Positions 45,878 through 54,856 of a stretch of 56,940 nt of DNA are shown here, piece after piece. Within the stretch, counting starts at the first letter, position 1. The number at the start of each line of letters is the position of its first letter. The position numbers and the translations under genes were made by a program. The DNA is from a virus (lineage: Duplodnaviria > Caudoviricetes), in the IMG/VR virus record IMGVR_UViG_3300048590_001377, positions 1-56,940 of that record, one strand, 5' to 3'. Below the pieces are notes generated by a model. That model worked only from the letters and a program-made list of their open reading frames with translations. It was not told the DNA's origin and searched no databases.

Positions 45878-45986
45878 GTTGTGGGGTGGTCACAACTAGT
45901 TTCTGAGCTGCCTACGCGGCAGTAGCGTCGGTGCCAGCTATCCCACTGTTTCAGTTAAGCACAACAAGTGCGCCTAAAAATACGGT

Positions 45987-46676
45987 TCACCCCATTGCAT
46001 GGCTCAGTTCACGCGCCGCGATGGCCGCCTCGTCGGTGACCAAGCGGAAAACGAACTCGTACAACCCTGCCCATGCGCGCCGGTATTCGGTCGGGCTGAC
46101 ACCCAGCGCCGCCGCACGCTTCCGGTCCGATACCGGCACGACACCGTGTTTTTGGCACGCCGGGCAGTCCATCAGAAGCTCTCCCAGCAACACCTCGCCA
46201 CGCCCCGCACACGTTTCGCAATGGTTCGGGCGCTTGAACTCATTGACCGCTGCCTCACGGATTCGGACGTGCATCTTGGCGTCGTAGCGCCACGCATCCG
46301 CTTTGGCTGCATCCACTGCCCGACATAGGCGCTCGATCTCACGCCTGTCCCAATCTGTCAGTGCGCGCCGCGCTTCGGCGTTTTCCTGCGCGATATGCAG
46401 CTCCAGCCGAGCTATCTGCAACACGCGATGGCGGCGATCCATTTCAGCCCGCACTTTGACCGCAATGGCATCGTCCAGCTTACGTGGCGTCAGGCGCGCC
46501 CCGTGTGGCCACGCCGCCGCAATCAAGATTTCACGCCCAACCCCAGGCGGCACCATCGCCAGCGCGGCCGCAACATCCTGTGGCGTCATCGGTGGTGCGC
46601 CACCGCCACGACCCACGTCATAACGCACCGCCGATGGGTTCAGCCAAGCCAGCAATCTGAAAATGCGCTCCATCAT
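45987..46676 (-). CDS. Q-like late antiterminator with a zinc finger
   Basis: CETCAGRG...CPAC..HG plus C-terminal HTH (RAAALGVS); last early gene before the lysis cassette. Confidence 0.75.
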   Translation of the reverse strand: MMERIFRLLAWLNPSAVRYDVGRGGGAPPMTPQDVAAALAMVPPGVGREILIAAAWPHGARLTPRKLDDAIAVKVRAEMDRRHRVLQIARLELHIAQENAEARRALTDWDRREIERLCRAVDAAKADAWRYDAKMHVRIREAAVNEFKRPNHCETCAGRGEVLLGELLMDCPACQKHGVVPVSDRKRAAALGVSPTEYRRAWAGLYEFVFRLVTDEAAIAARELSHAMG

Positions 46677-47053
46677 CCCCTCCCTTTTATTGCTGTCGCC
46701 GCCTGATATGCCTCGATCATCGCGCTTTGTGCAGCCATCAACACATCATCATCGCCGAACGTGCTGCGAAACTCCGCCGGTTCGAGCGCATAGCTCGGCC
46801 CCAGCCACACCCGCGAACGCCGCTCACTCACCGCCGCCGGCACTCCACGGTGATGCCACGCGCACAGCCCGATGGTCGCGTCGTGCCCGCGTCGCACCTG
46901 CCCATGCAGGCCACCTACGGTCAAGTGGTGGATTTCACACGCCATGTGCAGTCCTGGATGCCTCAGCCTGCACGCCACACACCCCACGTCACGGATCGCA
47001 TCCCAGCGCAATCGCTGGGCCAGCGTCGGCGCGCCTGTGGATGCTCCAATCAT
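46673..47053 (-). CDS. Ref-like/HNH-type nuclease
   Basis: GCVAC...EIHH...IGLCAWHHRG. Confidence 0.7.
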   Translation of the reverse strand: MIGASTGAPTLAQRLRWDAIRDVGCVACRLRHPGLHMACEIHHLTVGGLHGQVRRGHDATIGLCAWHHRGVPAAVSERRSRVWLGPSYALEPAEFRSTFGDDDVLMAAQSAMIEAYQAATAIKGRG

Positions 47054-47238
47054 TTGGGTTCACCCGCCCTGCCCGCCGGCACTGAGGCGCGTTCATCCCG
47101 TTTACGGCGCCGAATCTCCCGCCGCACCGCCGCAAGGTCCGATTGCACCCGGCGCGCATCCCGATCCATCGTGCGTTCGGCGATCAACAGCGTGCTGAGG
47201 TCCACATCGCGCAGCATGTCGGCGCGGCTTGTCTTCAT
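47050..47238 (-). CDS. Hypothetical protein, about 62 aa
   Basis: Fills the gap between coupled genes; start uncertain. Confidence 0.5.
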   Translation of the reverse strand: MKTSRADMLRDVDLSTLLIAERTMDRDARRVQSDLAAVRREIRRRKRDERASVPAGRAGEPK

Positions 47239-47239
47239 C

Positions 47240-47728
47240 TCAGCATCCGATCCCAAGGTACTCAGCGATCAATTGCCATGCCGCATTCGCGCCGCGCACC
47301 ACCTCAGCCCGATAGCCCATTTCACGCAGCCGGCTGATCCATTGCGTCTGCTCGCGGCTCGGATAGCCCGTCAGGCTCTTGAGTTCGATGTACAGCCCGT
47401 GGTGTTCCCCTCTCGGCACAGGCAAAAAGTAGTCCGGCACGCCCGCCCGCTGCCCTTCGGCCCGCATCTTCCCTGCCGTGGCCTTATGCCGGTCCCCGCC
47501 GTTGGGGATCGCGTGGAACAGCGCCAACTCCGGCCATTGCCCCTCAAGCGAACGAACCCTGGCCATCAACGCGACCGCTTCCTCATGCTCACTGGGGTGC
47601 TGGCGGGCTGCCGGTCGGTGCCCCTTCGCCCCAGCGTCCGCCACGGCCTGCGCCTGCTGGCAGGCTCGTTCGTAGAGCCGTCGCATCCCTTCCGGCATCG
47701 TGGCCGTACTGGCGTGGCGTAGGCTCAT
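47240..47728 (-). CDS. VRR-NUC domain nuclease
   Basis: HAIPNGG, GVPD, LYIELK, S.EQ..W. Confidence 0.85.
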   Translation of the reverse strand: MSLRHASTATMPEGMRRLYERACQQAQAVADAGAKGHRPAARQHPSEHEEAVALMARVRSLEGQWPELALFHAIPNGGDRHKATAGKMRAEGQRAGVPDYFLPVPRGEHHGLYIELKSLTGYPSREQTQWISRLREMGYRAEVVRGANAAWQLIAEYLGIGC

Positions 47729-48057
47729 GCGTCCGCCTCGATCTCGGCCTCGTACATCAACAGGTCCACGTAGTCATCCAGGCTGCGCATCGGAGCCATG
47801 TTCTCGCCCCAGCCCGCCGAGTGGCCTCTTGCCCCGCAGTCGTTCTCGAAAATCCACCAGTCCAGACTGACCGGATCAACCCCAATGGCCCGCGCCAACA
47901 AGCTGGTCGAAAGCCCGAACAGGTCAAACATCGCCTGTCGCAGTGCACAACTCGGGTCCGTCATCAACACCGCATCCAGCGCCTGAAACTGCTTCTTCAT
48001 CCGCAGGTAGCTCTGTTCCCACACCCGCAACAACGCCAACATCTCCGTCCTGCTCAT
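47725..48057 (-). CDS. Hypothetical protein, 110 aa
   Basis: Start re-called to MSRTEML (GAGG upstream); LDWWIFENDCG motif. Confidence 0.6.
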   Translation of the reverse strand: MSRTEMLALLRVWEQSYLRMKKQFQALDAVLMTDPSCALRQAMFDLFGLSTSLLARAIGVDPVSLDWWIFENDCGARGHSAGWGENMAPMRSLDDYVDLLMYEAEIEADA

Positions 48058-48658
48058 CGTCAGCCTCATCAAATTCACCAAACAATCTCGCCATCTCGGC
48101 CTTGACTTGCGCCACCGTCTCGGGACTGGCCGGCTTGTTGGGTGGTGGCGCGTGCTGTGCAATCTCCACCAGCGCAGGCGGCAAGTCGCCGCCCTGCATC
48201 ACATGCTCACGAGCCAAGCCGTACGCATCGCGCACCATGCGGTCAGCATCTGCCGCCCCAGCCTGCCCAAGCCGCCACGTATCCACGAACTGCCACACCA
48301 GCCGCGTGAAGGGCGTCCTTGATGCCGTGCGCGATCGCAATTCCCGCAACACCGCCGCAAACTCAGGAATGCCCAGGCACAACGCCCGGAACTGCGCGCT
48401 CGATGGTGGCCACTCCGCACCACGCATCACGTCCGCACTCAGCCCGCACGCGACCTGACGTGACGTGATGCCTGCCAATGCCTCACGCCACTCCACCATC
48501 GCCAGCCGCGCCAGCTCGTGGTCCTGCACGTACTGGCTCGTCCAGCGGTGCCCGTAACGGGTCGTCATCCTCGCCCACAGACGCGCCATGGCTGCGTCGG
48601 TCAATACCGCCGCTGTCGTGGATTTCCCGGATGATTCGCATGGTTTTGCCAATTGCAC
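47924..48658 (-). CDS. Replication protein P-like (helicase loader-like); start uncertain
   Basis: LWARMTTRYGHRWTSQY, WPPSSAQFRALC; follows the initiator. Confidence 0.6.
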   Translation of the reverse strand: MQLAKPCESSGKSTTAAVLTDAAMARLWARMTTRYGHRWTSQYVQDHELARLAMVEWREALAGITSRQVACGLSADVMRGAEWPPSSAQFRALCLGIPEFAAVLRELRSRTASRTPFTRLVWQFVDTWRLGQAGAADADRMVRDAYGLAREHVMQGGDLPPALVEIAQHAPPPNKPASPETVAQVKAEMARLFGEFDEADDEQDGDVGVVAGVGTELPADEEAVSGAGCGVDDGPELCTATGDV

Positions 48659-49412
48659 TTTCCTGCCTCCCGTGGTTCGCCGATCCCGCCGCAGCGCCAG
48701 CCATCGGCCCGTCGCGAATCCACGCCGCTTTCAGCCCTTGGCTTCCGCGCAGGCACCACTCGACGAAGAACGCCTCCAGCGTCATGCCCGCTTTCTCGGC
48801 CTCGGCTTTGGCCGCTGCCACTACCGTCGCCGTCACCTCGGCGCGCTTTCGCTTTCGCAGTGCCAGCCAGTCGCGCCATGTGGCGTCGGTCACCTCGGCG
48901 GGTTGCTCGATGGGTTTGGCTTTCGGCTCCGGCTTCGGCGTCGGCAGGTCGCCATCCCCATCGGATCGCTCGGCGGGTTGCCCGCGCACGCGGGCGTTGC
49001 TTTTCTTATTGACGGTTATTGATGGTTCTTGACGGTTAGAGTCCGCCTGCCGGACGGGTCCAGTCCGCTTGCCGGACGGGTAGAGTCCGCTTGGCGTACC
49101 GGTTTGGCAGCCGGACCGGTCCGCCTGCCGGACGGGTTTTGCCACCTGGAACAGTTCTTGGTTGCGCACCAAAACCGTGTACCGGGTGTGCCGTCCATTC
49201 GTCCTGTCGGCCCCCAAATAACCGGCTTGTTCCAACCACTTGATGGCGTCAATCACCGCTGTGCGGCCAAGGCATGTCCGATCGCAGATCGTCGGGATCG
49301 ACGGCCAGCATTCGCCATGGTCATTGGCATTGTCAGCCAGCGACACCAGCACCGCTTTCGGGCTGGGCGGCATCTGCAACGGCCAGCACATCGACATGAT
49401 GATCGTGCTCAT
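48483..49412 (-). CDS. Replication initiator (lambda O-like, N-terminal winged HTH), 309 aa
   Basis: KAVLVSLADNANDHGECWPSIPTI; internal iterons; ATGA-coupled start. Confidence 0.85.
   Translation of the reverse strand: MSTIIMSMCWPLQMPPSPKAVLVSLADNANDHGECWPSIPTICDRTCLGRTAVIDAIKWLEQAGYLGADRTNGRHTRYTVLVRNQELFQVAKPVRQADRSGCQTGTPSGLYPSGKRTGPVRQADSNRQEPSITVNKKSNARVRGQPAERSDGDGDLPTPKPEPKAKPIEQPAEVTDATWRDWLALRKRKRAEVTATVVAAAKAEAEKAGMTLEAFFVEWCLRGSQGLKAAWIRDGPMAGAAAGSANHGRQESAIGKTMRIIREIHDSGGIDRRSHGASVGEDDDPLRAPLDEPVRAGPRAGAAGDGGVA
49001..49136. repeat. Replication origin: iterons plus an adjacent AT-rich tract
   Basis: gtccgcYtgccggacggg at 49041, 49063 and 49119; degenerate copy at 49085; AT-rich 49001-49040 with ttgaYggtt three times. 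Confidence 0.8.
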
Positions 49413-49639
49413 TCCCTCACGCTCCCTTGAGCGCCGTGCCCCGTGGAACCCAATCCCTCGGATTCCAGCCGGCGAAGCAGTACCGTCGCCATGTCGATCC
49501 GTGACATGGCCCATTGATGAAGCACATCTCGAACAATCTCCGACCGATCCCGGCCCGTGGTGCGAGCTTCCGCATCCAGTGCCGCGTCGGCTTCGACGGT
49601 GACTTTTGCCCGCAGATCGCGCAGATCAGCCATCACCAT
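49409..49639 (-). CDS. Small DNA-binding protein (ribbon-helix-helix-like, cII position)
   Basis: LRAKVT..ADAALDAEARTTGRDRSEIVRDVL. Confidence 0.65.
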   Translation of the reverse strand: MVMADLRDLRAKVTVEADAALDAEARTTGRDRSEIVRDVLHQWAMSRIDMATVLLRRLESEGLGSTGHGAQGSVRE

Positions 49640-49699
49640 GACCCCATGCGCGACGAAGTAACCGCGCTCATTGCCTGTTCCAACGCAGTCTTGACGCCA

Positions 49700-49957
49700 T
49701 CAAACAGCATCGCCCACCTCCACCGTCTGGCCGGACTCGGCCTGGGTGGGTTGCTCGGTGGGCCAGATGTCAGGTCTGAGGTCTTGGCGGGTCACTGCGC
49801 CGTTGGTGGCGCGCTCGATGGCGATAGCCATGACGCGCGATGCGCGCTTGCCGCGCCAGCCCACTGCCATCTGCCAGAGGTATTCAGGGGATGTGCCAAC
49901 GTCATCGGCGAGTTGTCGCCGGACGGACGTATCCTCGATGTAGGTATGCAGGTTCAC
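49700..49957 (-). CDS. cro: Cro/YdaS-like repressor
   Basis: HTH RQLADDVGTSPEYLWQMA; ATNGAVTRQDLRPDIW; divergent from cI. Confidence 0.85.
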   Translation of the reverse strand: MNLHTYIEDTSVRRQLADDVGTSPEYLWQMAVGWRGKRASRVMAIAIERATNGAVTRQDLRPDIWPTEQPTQAESGQTVEVGDAV

Positions 49958-49963
49958 GCACGC

Positions 49964-50039
49964 ACAATAGCCGGGCTATGCGAAAAGATCAATAGCCCAG
50001 CTCTTTGCAGTCGCGCGACCCGAGGAATAGCCTAGCTAC
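49964..50039. promoter_or_regulatory. OR switch: three operators plus PR and PRM
   Basis: ATAGC-N3-GCTAT-type sites at 49967-49979, 49992-50004 and 50027-50039. PR (-): TTGATC-17-TATTGT. PRM (+): TTGCAG-17-TAGCCT. Confidence 0.8.
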
Positions 50040-50786
50040 ATGGCAAGCCGCACCCTTTCCACTGCTGACTTTGAGGCCGCCCGCGTTTTTGCGGAGGCGG
50101 TCGTGTCCTGCGGGAAGACCCATGAGCAGTTGGGTGAAGATATAGGCGTAACCGCCGGCATGATTCACCAGTGGTCCAAGCCGTTGCGCGCGATCTCGGC
50201 AAAGCGCGCCCCCGCCGCTGCACTTGCTGTTGGCATAGATGACCCATCGTGCATTAGCGTTGCATATGCGCAACTGATGGAGTTCGCCCAGGACGCCAGG
50301 CGCATCAAGGCCACCGCTCCACCGGGTTCCGCGCCACCTTCACCCATCTCACCCCCTGAGATAGCCCCGGCCTATGTTCGCGTCGAACAGATGGGAGAGG
50401 CGGACATGGGGGATGGGCGCGTCAACGACGACTACCCGGAAGTGATCCGGTCGGTGGACTTCGAGCTGCCGTACATCCGGGCGCTGATGGGCTTTGTGCC
50501 GCCGCCTGGCCGGCTCAAGTTGGTCACTGGCCGAAACGACTCGATGATGCCCACGATCATGCCGGGAGACGTGGTGCTGGTCGATACCGGCATCACTTGG
50601 TTTGACGGCGATGGCTTGTATCTCGTGAACAGCGGCAACGGCCAGCAGATCAAGCGCCTGCATGACAAAGGCGGCGTCATCCACGTGGTCAGCGACAACA
50701 CCTTTTACACACCGGAGCCTGTCAACGAACGGACAATCATTGGCGGCAAGGTCTACCTGCGCAACCGGCTGGATCGGATGGCATGA
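50040..50786 (+). CDS. cI: CI-like repressor (HTH + S24 peptidase)
   Basis: HTH THEQLGEDIGVTAGMIHQW; GRNDSMMP (catalytic Ser) and IKRL (catalytic Lys). Confidence 0.9.
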   Translation: MASRTLSTADFEAARVFAEAVVSCGKTHEQLGEDIGVTAGMIHQWSKPLRAISAKRAPAAALAVGIDDPSCISVAYAQLMEFAQDARRIKATAPPGSAPPSPISPPEIAPAYVRVEQMGEADMGDGRVNDDYPEVIRSVDFELPYIRALMGFVPPPGRLKLVTGRNDSMMPTIMPGDVVLVDTGITWFDGDGLYLVNSGNGQQIKRLHDKGGVIHVVSDNTFYTPEPVNERTIIGGKVYLRNRLDRMA

Positions 50787-51091
50787 GGGCTGAAGCCATG
50801 ATATTTAAGTGTCACAACACAGGTTTGGTTTTGATCATGCTGTCGGTCTGCATGAAAGTGAACGCTCAGGATCCAATGAAGTGGATAGACGACGAGCCGG
50901 CCACTGGTCCAGCGACAACCTGGCCGGTAACTGTTGTCTTCCTGCTGGGGTTCGTAATTGCGTTCTGGCTCTCCTTGTCAGAACGTAGCCCATTGCACAA
51001 CTGGTTCAATGAACATCACGGCTGGGCCGCAATCTTCCTGTGGCTGTTCCCGCTGGTCTTCGGCTTCATCTTTGCTTCCATGCTCCGATGA
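50783..51091 (+). CDS. Small membrane protein (accessory, cI operon)
   Basis: ATGA overlap with cI; signal-like segment plus two transmembrane helices; more AT-rich than its neighbours. Confidence 0.6.
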   Translation: MRAEAMIFKCHNTGLVLIMLSVCMKVNAQDPMKWIDDEPATGPATTWPVTVVFLLGFVIAFWLSLSERSPLHNWFNEHHGWAAIFLWLFPLVFGFIFASMLR

Positions 51092-51141
51092 ACTTCCTTT
51101 GGATTGGCCGATGGGTCGAGTAACGCGACCAGCAACCGCCC

Positions 51142-51948
51142 ATGCCTCAATGCGCCATCTGCCTACAGGATCGGGGACGCCTCAAGTTCAGAACCGGACG
51201 GCTGTCGATCTGTAGCTATTGCGTCAAGACACTCAACACCACCGAGCTGTCACCGCGCATCGCCGAAACGAAGTGGTGCGCAAAGCTGCGCGAAGCCACT
51301 CTTGCCGCTCACCCGGATGGAGCTTCATGGGTGGATGGATGGGTTGGCAGGAAACTGGCATCGGCGGTAGATGATGCAAAACAAGTGCGCCGCTCTCCCG
51401 AACTCAAGGTGCTTCGCGCCTATCGTCGCAGTCTGATCTGCGCTGATCGCCAAACGCTGGATTACCCGAAGAATTGGGACTTCAAGCGATACCGCCTCAA
51501 ACATTGGCATGGCTATGCCTGCTACCGCTGCAAGAAGCTGGAGTCGCCAGCGACCATGCTCGATGCACACCACATCATCCACCTCACCAACTGCGGAACC
51601 AACAACTACGCCAACCTGGTGGTGCTGTGCAGGGGCTGTCACCAGAAGGAACACCCTAGCATCGACCTTGCAGCCATTGGCGGTGAGGTGGGGGGGCAGC
51701 AATCCGATCCATCCATCGAAAGCGATGATGTTCTGGCACTACCCGAGACAGAATGGGGGAACATCGCGCCGCCCATCCTTGCTATCACCAGATCGCAACC
51801 TGTTCCACTGCCGCAGACCGTGACGTTAAGGTCTGCGCCCGGCTCCCAAACCAAGCCGCCGCCGCCGTCGATATGGGGCATGCTGCTGGTGGCTGCCGTT
51901 TGGGTATCCGCAATTGGGGTCATCATCTTCTCCGTCTTCGGGGACTGA
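51142..51948 (+). CDS. HNH endonuclease with an N-terminal Cys cluster and a C-terminal transmembrane anchor
   Basis: CAIC..CSYC; CYRC..DAHH...GTNNYANLVVLCRGCHQKEH; C-terminal IWGMLLVAAVWVSAIGVIIFSVF. Confidence 0.75.
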   Translation: MPQCAICLQDRGRLKFRTGRLSICSYCVKTLNTTELSPRIAETKWCAKLREATLAAHPDGASWVDGWVGRKLASAVDDAKQVRRSPELKVLRAYRRSLICADRQTLDYPKNWDFKRYRLKHWHGYACYRCKKLESPATMLDAHHIIHLTNCGTNNYANLVVLCRGCHQKEHPSIDLAAIGGEVGGQQSDPSIESDDVLALPETEWGNIAPPILAITRSQPVPLPQTVTLRSAPGSQTKPPPPSIWGMLLVAAVWVSAIGVIIFSVFGD

Positions 51949-52025
51949 CCCAGGTGGATTGCCACGTCTGGGTGTACCCATATGAAAAATGCTTGAAGCG
52001 ATAGGAACAAGCGCAAACAAATCAG

Positions 52026-52066
52026 ATAGCCCGGCTATTGACATAGCTGCATAGCTTGGCTATTGT
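52026..52066 (+). promoter_or_regulatory. PL promoter with OL operators
   Basis: TTGACA (52038)-17-TATTGT (52061); operators ATAGCCCGGCTAT (52026-52038) and ATAGCTTGGCTAT (52051-52063) match OR. Confidence 0.85.
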
Positions 52067-52119
52067 TGCTTGCAAGCCCACCGAACCCGGCATTCGCCGG
52101 CAGGGGCAGGGAGACTGCC

Positions 52120-52314
52120 ATGTACCTACTGCTACACATCCGAGGCGACGAAGCCCCACTAAGGATCACCCTCGATCAAGATGGCACCATCTGGCTGCGG
52201 GGTGGTGGCTCGACCAGCGTGTCACTGGTCCTCACCCCGGCGCAACGGGCCACACTGGCCCAGCATCTGGCAGACGTGTCTGCGGGCGATGACGCCGAGC
52301 CGGTGCCGGCATGA
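52120..52314 (+). CDS. Hypothetical early protein, 64 aa
   Basis: GGGAG RBS; first gene after PL. Confidence 0.6.
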   Translation: MYLLLHIRGDEAPLRITLDQDGTIWLRGGGSTSVSLVLTPAQRATLAQHLADVSAGDDAEPVPA

Positions 52315-52535
52315 GCGTCATCAACCTCCACGAAACCCGCGCCGCCAAGCTGCGGGCCGTGGCCCAAGCCGCTTTCCTCGTGGGTGAACGCATCACCGGG
52401 TCCGAATCCTTGGCTCGGCACATCAGCGCCATGGCCGTTCGGCGGTTTTCAGCAGGCAAATGCAGCCCAGGCCGCGCTTTGGCCATTGCCCGCCACGAAG
52501 CCCGTGCCTTGGGCGCTGCCGACCAAACGAGGTAA
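52311..52535 (+). CDS. Hypothetical early protein, 74 aa
   Basis: ATGA overlap with the upstream gene. Confidence 0.55.
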   Translation: MSVINLHETRAAKLRAVAQAAFLVGERITGSESLARHISAMAVRRFSAGKCSPGRALAIARHEARALGAADQTR

Positions 52536-52540
52536 CTCCC

Positions 52541-53449
52541 ATGCTCTTTCGCAATCTCACCCTGTTTCGTTTCCCTGCATCCATGCAAGCCGCATGGAGC
52601 GACCTGAACGACAAGCTCGCCAGCCACCCGCTCAAGCCGGTTGGTGCGCTGGAACTGTCCAGCCAAGGATTTGTTTCTCCCTTTGGCCGTGGCCACGAGG
52701 CCTTGTGCCATCGCGTCGGTGATTGCGTGCTGTTGCAGCTTGGCACCGAAACCAAAATCCTGCCGATCGCCGTGATCAACGAGGCGTTGTCGGCCAAACT
52801 CGACACCATCCGCGACGAGGAAGGTCGCACTCCCGGCGCCCGCGAACGCAAGCGCATCAAGGATGAAGTCCTCACCAACCTTCTGCCTCGTGCGTTTTCA
52901 CGCCCAGGGCGCATTCCCGCCTATCTCGATCTGAGCACCCATTGGCTGGTGGTGGACAGCAGCAGTCGGAAGAATGCCGAAGCGGTGGTGTCGGCCATCC
53001 GCGAAGCCCTGGGTTCGTTCCCGGCGCTGCCCGTCACCGCCGAATCCAGCCCGCGTGCCGTCATGACCGAATGGCTGGCAGGTTCACGGTTGCCGGATGG
53101 TTTCGCCTTGGGTGATGAGTTTGAACTGATCGAGCCTGTAGATGGCGGTGCCATCGGCAAGTTCCGCAGGCAAGAAGCCGACGCCGACGAAATCCATGGG
53201 CACCTGCAAGCAGGCAAGCAGTGTGTCCGCCTGTCCCTGACGTTTTGTGATCGCCTGTCGTTCGTGCTGGATGAAGGTATGGCGATCCGCAAGCTCAGGT
53301 TCCTGGAATCCGCCACGGCAGAACTCGACAGCGATGACCACGAGTCCATCGAAGCTGAAATGGCCGCCACCTTCGCCCTGATGAGCGGCGAATTGCGCCT
53401 GCTTCTGGATCGGTTGAACGCCGTGTTTCACCTCAGTGAGGCCGAGTGA
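52541..53449 (+). CDS. rdgC: Recombination-associated protein RdgC
   Basis: MLFRNLTLFRF, GFVSP, KILP, LLPRAF, LGSFPALP; GAGG RBS. Confidence 0.92.
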   Translation: MLFRNLTLFRFPASMQAAWSDLNDKLASHPLKPVGALELSSQGFVSPFGRGHEALCHRVGDCVLLQLGTETKILPIAVINEALSAKLDTIRDEEGRTPGARERKRIKDEVLTNLLPRAFSRPGRIPAYLDLSTHWLVVDSSSRKNAEAVVSAIREALGSFPALPVTAESSPRAVMTEWLAGSRLPDGFALGDEFELIEPVDGGAIGKFRRQEADADEIHGHLQAGKQCVRLSLTFCDRLSFVLDEGMAIRKLRFLESATAELDSDDHESIEAEMAATFALMSGELRLLLDRLNAVFHLSEAE

Positions 53450-53697
53450 TGACCCCTGACATGCACACCATCACCTACACCCAGCACATCCTTGGCCGTC
53501 GCCTGTCGAGCTACGCCGATCGGGTGAAACCCTATCGCCAGGCCGACCCGTTGGCCTTCCGCCAACGCGAACAGCGCGGCATCGCCATCATCAAACACCT
53601 TCAACACCTTTGGTCTGAGGCCACGGCGCGGCAGGACGACTCCCCACGTCTCCCCCCTACTGCCGCGCCGTGTGCCTCATCTTCGGAGGCTCGCTGA
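53446..53697 (+). CDS. Hypothetical protein, 83 aa
   Basis: Coupled at both ends. Confidence 0.55.
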   Translation: MMTPDMHTITYTQHILGRRLSSYADRVKPYRQADPLAFRQREQRGIAIIKHLQHLWSEATARQDDSPRLPPTAAPCASSSEAR

Positions 53698-54191
53698 TGC
53701 CACCGCCCACAGGCTTCGCACTTGGCCAACTGGTCAAGCGCCCACGGAACCCCGGCGATTGCTGGGAGTGGATCGGTCACCGCACCGAAGACGGTGGCGG
53801 CAACAAGACGTTCTTGGGCAAGACCTACCCTGCGGCACGCTGGGTCTGGCTGGTCCTCATGGGGCCAATTCCCGAAGGCATGGTGTGCTTCAACACCTGC
53901 GGCACGCCTGGATGCGTCAACCCCTTTCACTTGGCCATCGGCACACAGGCCGAGAACGTGCGCCAAGGCAGCAATTCCAAGCTATTGCCCGAGGATGTCC
54001 GAGAGATTCGCCGAACCATGCGCGATGCCGGTGTCAGCGCAAACACCGTGCGCCACCTCGCCACCCGGTATGGATGCACCACGGCCACCATCCGTGACGT
54101 GGCAGCCCGCAGGTCATGGCGAAAGGCTGCGCCATTCCACGGCCCAACCACTCCCCGCAACCAACACACCAAGGCCACCGGCAATGACTGA
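53697..54191 (+). CDS. HNH_3-type endonuclease-like protein with a C-terminal HTH (possibly inactive)
   Basis: CWEWIG, GPIPEGM, CVNPFHL..GT..EN; LATRYGCTTATIRDV. Confidence 0.7.
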   Translation: MPPPTGFALGQLVKRPRNPGDCWEWIGHRTEDGGGNKTFLGKTYPAARWVWLVLMGPIPEGMVCFNTCGTPGCVNPFHLAIGTQAENVRQGSNSKLLPEDVREIRRTMRDAGVSANTVRHLATRYGCTTATIRDVAARRSWRKAAPFHGPTTPRNQHTKATGND

Positions 54192-54534
54192 ACCCGAACC
54201 CCGCACCCGCACCCCACGACTCAACCCCTACCTCATCACCATCGACATCCCGGATGGCGGGCCTGCCGTTGTCCTGGTCGAAGCCAACTCGATCACCGAG
54301 GCTCGCGCTTGGTTCATGGAGCACATGCTCACCATCGACCGCGCCGATCACCGCAGCATGCACTTTCACGGCGCCGCCGGCACGCCCCTGTTCAACGCCT
54401 ACGAGCCACTCGGCCAACAGGCCGTGGAGCAGGAATCGCCCTCAGACAGTTGGCTCATGCCGTTGCCAATGCCAATGCCGCCCGAATGCGACGCCGAAGA
54501 CGGCGCAACGTCAGAACCAAGTATCGATCCATAA
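54184..54534 (+). CDS. Hypothetical protein, 116 aa
   Basis: Start re-called to MTEPEPR; globular centre (VVLVEANSITEARAW). Confidence 0.5.
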   Translation: MTEPEPRTRTPRLNPYLITIDIPDGGPAVVLVEANSITEARAWFMEHMLTIDRADHRSMHFHGAAGTPLFNAYEPLGQQAVEQESPSDSWLMPLPMPMPPECDAEDGATSEPSIDP

Positions 54535-54562
54535 GCCAACACCCATGAATCCCGCCACGCCA

Positions 54563-54853
54563 TCAAGCCGGAACTGCCGTCAAGCGCACGCCCAGCGCCG
54601 CCATTACGCGCTGGATGGTTTCAAAACGCGGCTGTGCGTCGGCGCGCAGGGCCTTGTAAAGTGCTTCGCGCGCAATACCAGCGCCTTCGGCCACCTGGGT
54701 CATGCCGCGTGCACGGGCCACCGTACCAAGCGCACGCGCCAGCTCGGACGGGTCGTTTTCCTCCAGAACGATGGTCAGGTATTCGGCAATGGCTTGCTCG
54801 CTGTCGAGCATTTCAGCCATGTCGAAAGTTTTGAGTTCGGAAATCTTGGTCAT
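54563..54853 (-). CDS. Addiction module antitoxin (HI1420-like HTH)
   Basis: FDMAEMLDSE, ALGTVARARGMTQVA..GIAREALYKAL, PRFETI. Confidence 0.9.
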   Translation of the reverse strand: MTKISELKTFDMAEMLDSEQAIAEYLTIVLEENDPSELARALGTVARARGMTQVAEGAGIAREALYKALRADAQPRFETIQRVMAALGVRLTAVPA

Positions 54854-54856
54854 GCG

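Noticed and set aside
45890-45986. PR'-like late promoter
   Set aside because: Expected here by position, but I could not assign a convincing -35/-10 pair.
49041-49136. Short repeats as a possible CRISPR array
   Set aside because: Spacers are only a few bp and the repeats lie inside the initiator gene, which fits iterons; no cas genes.
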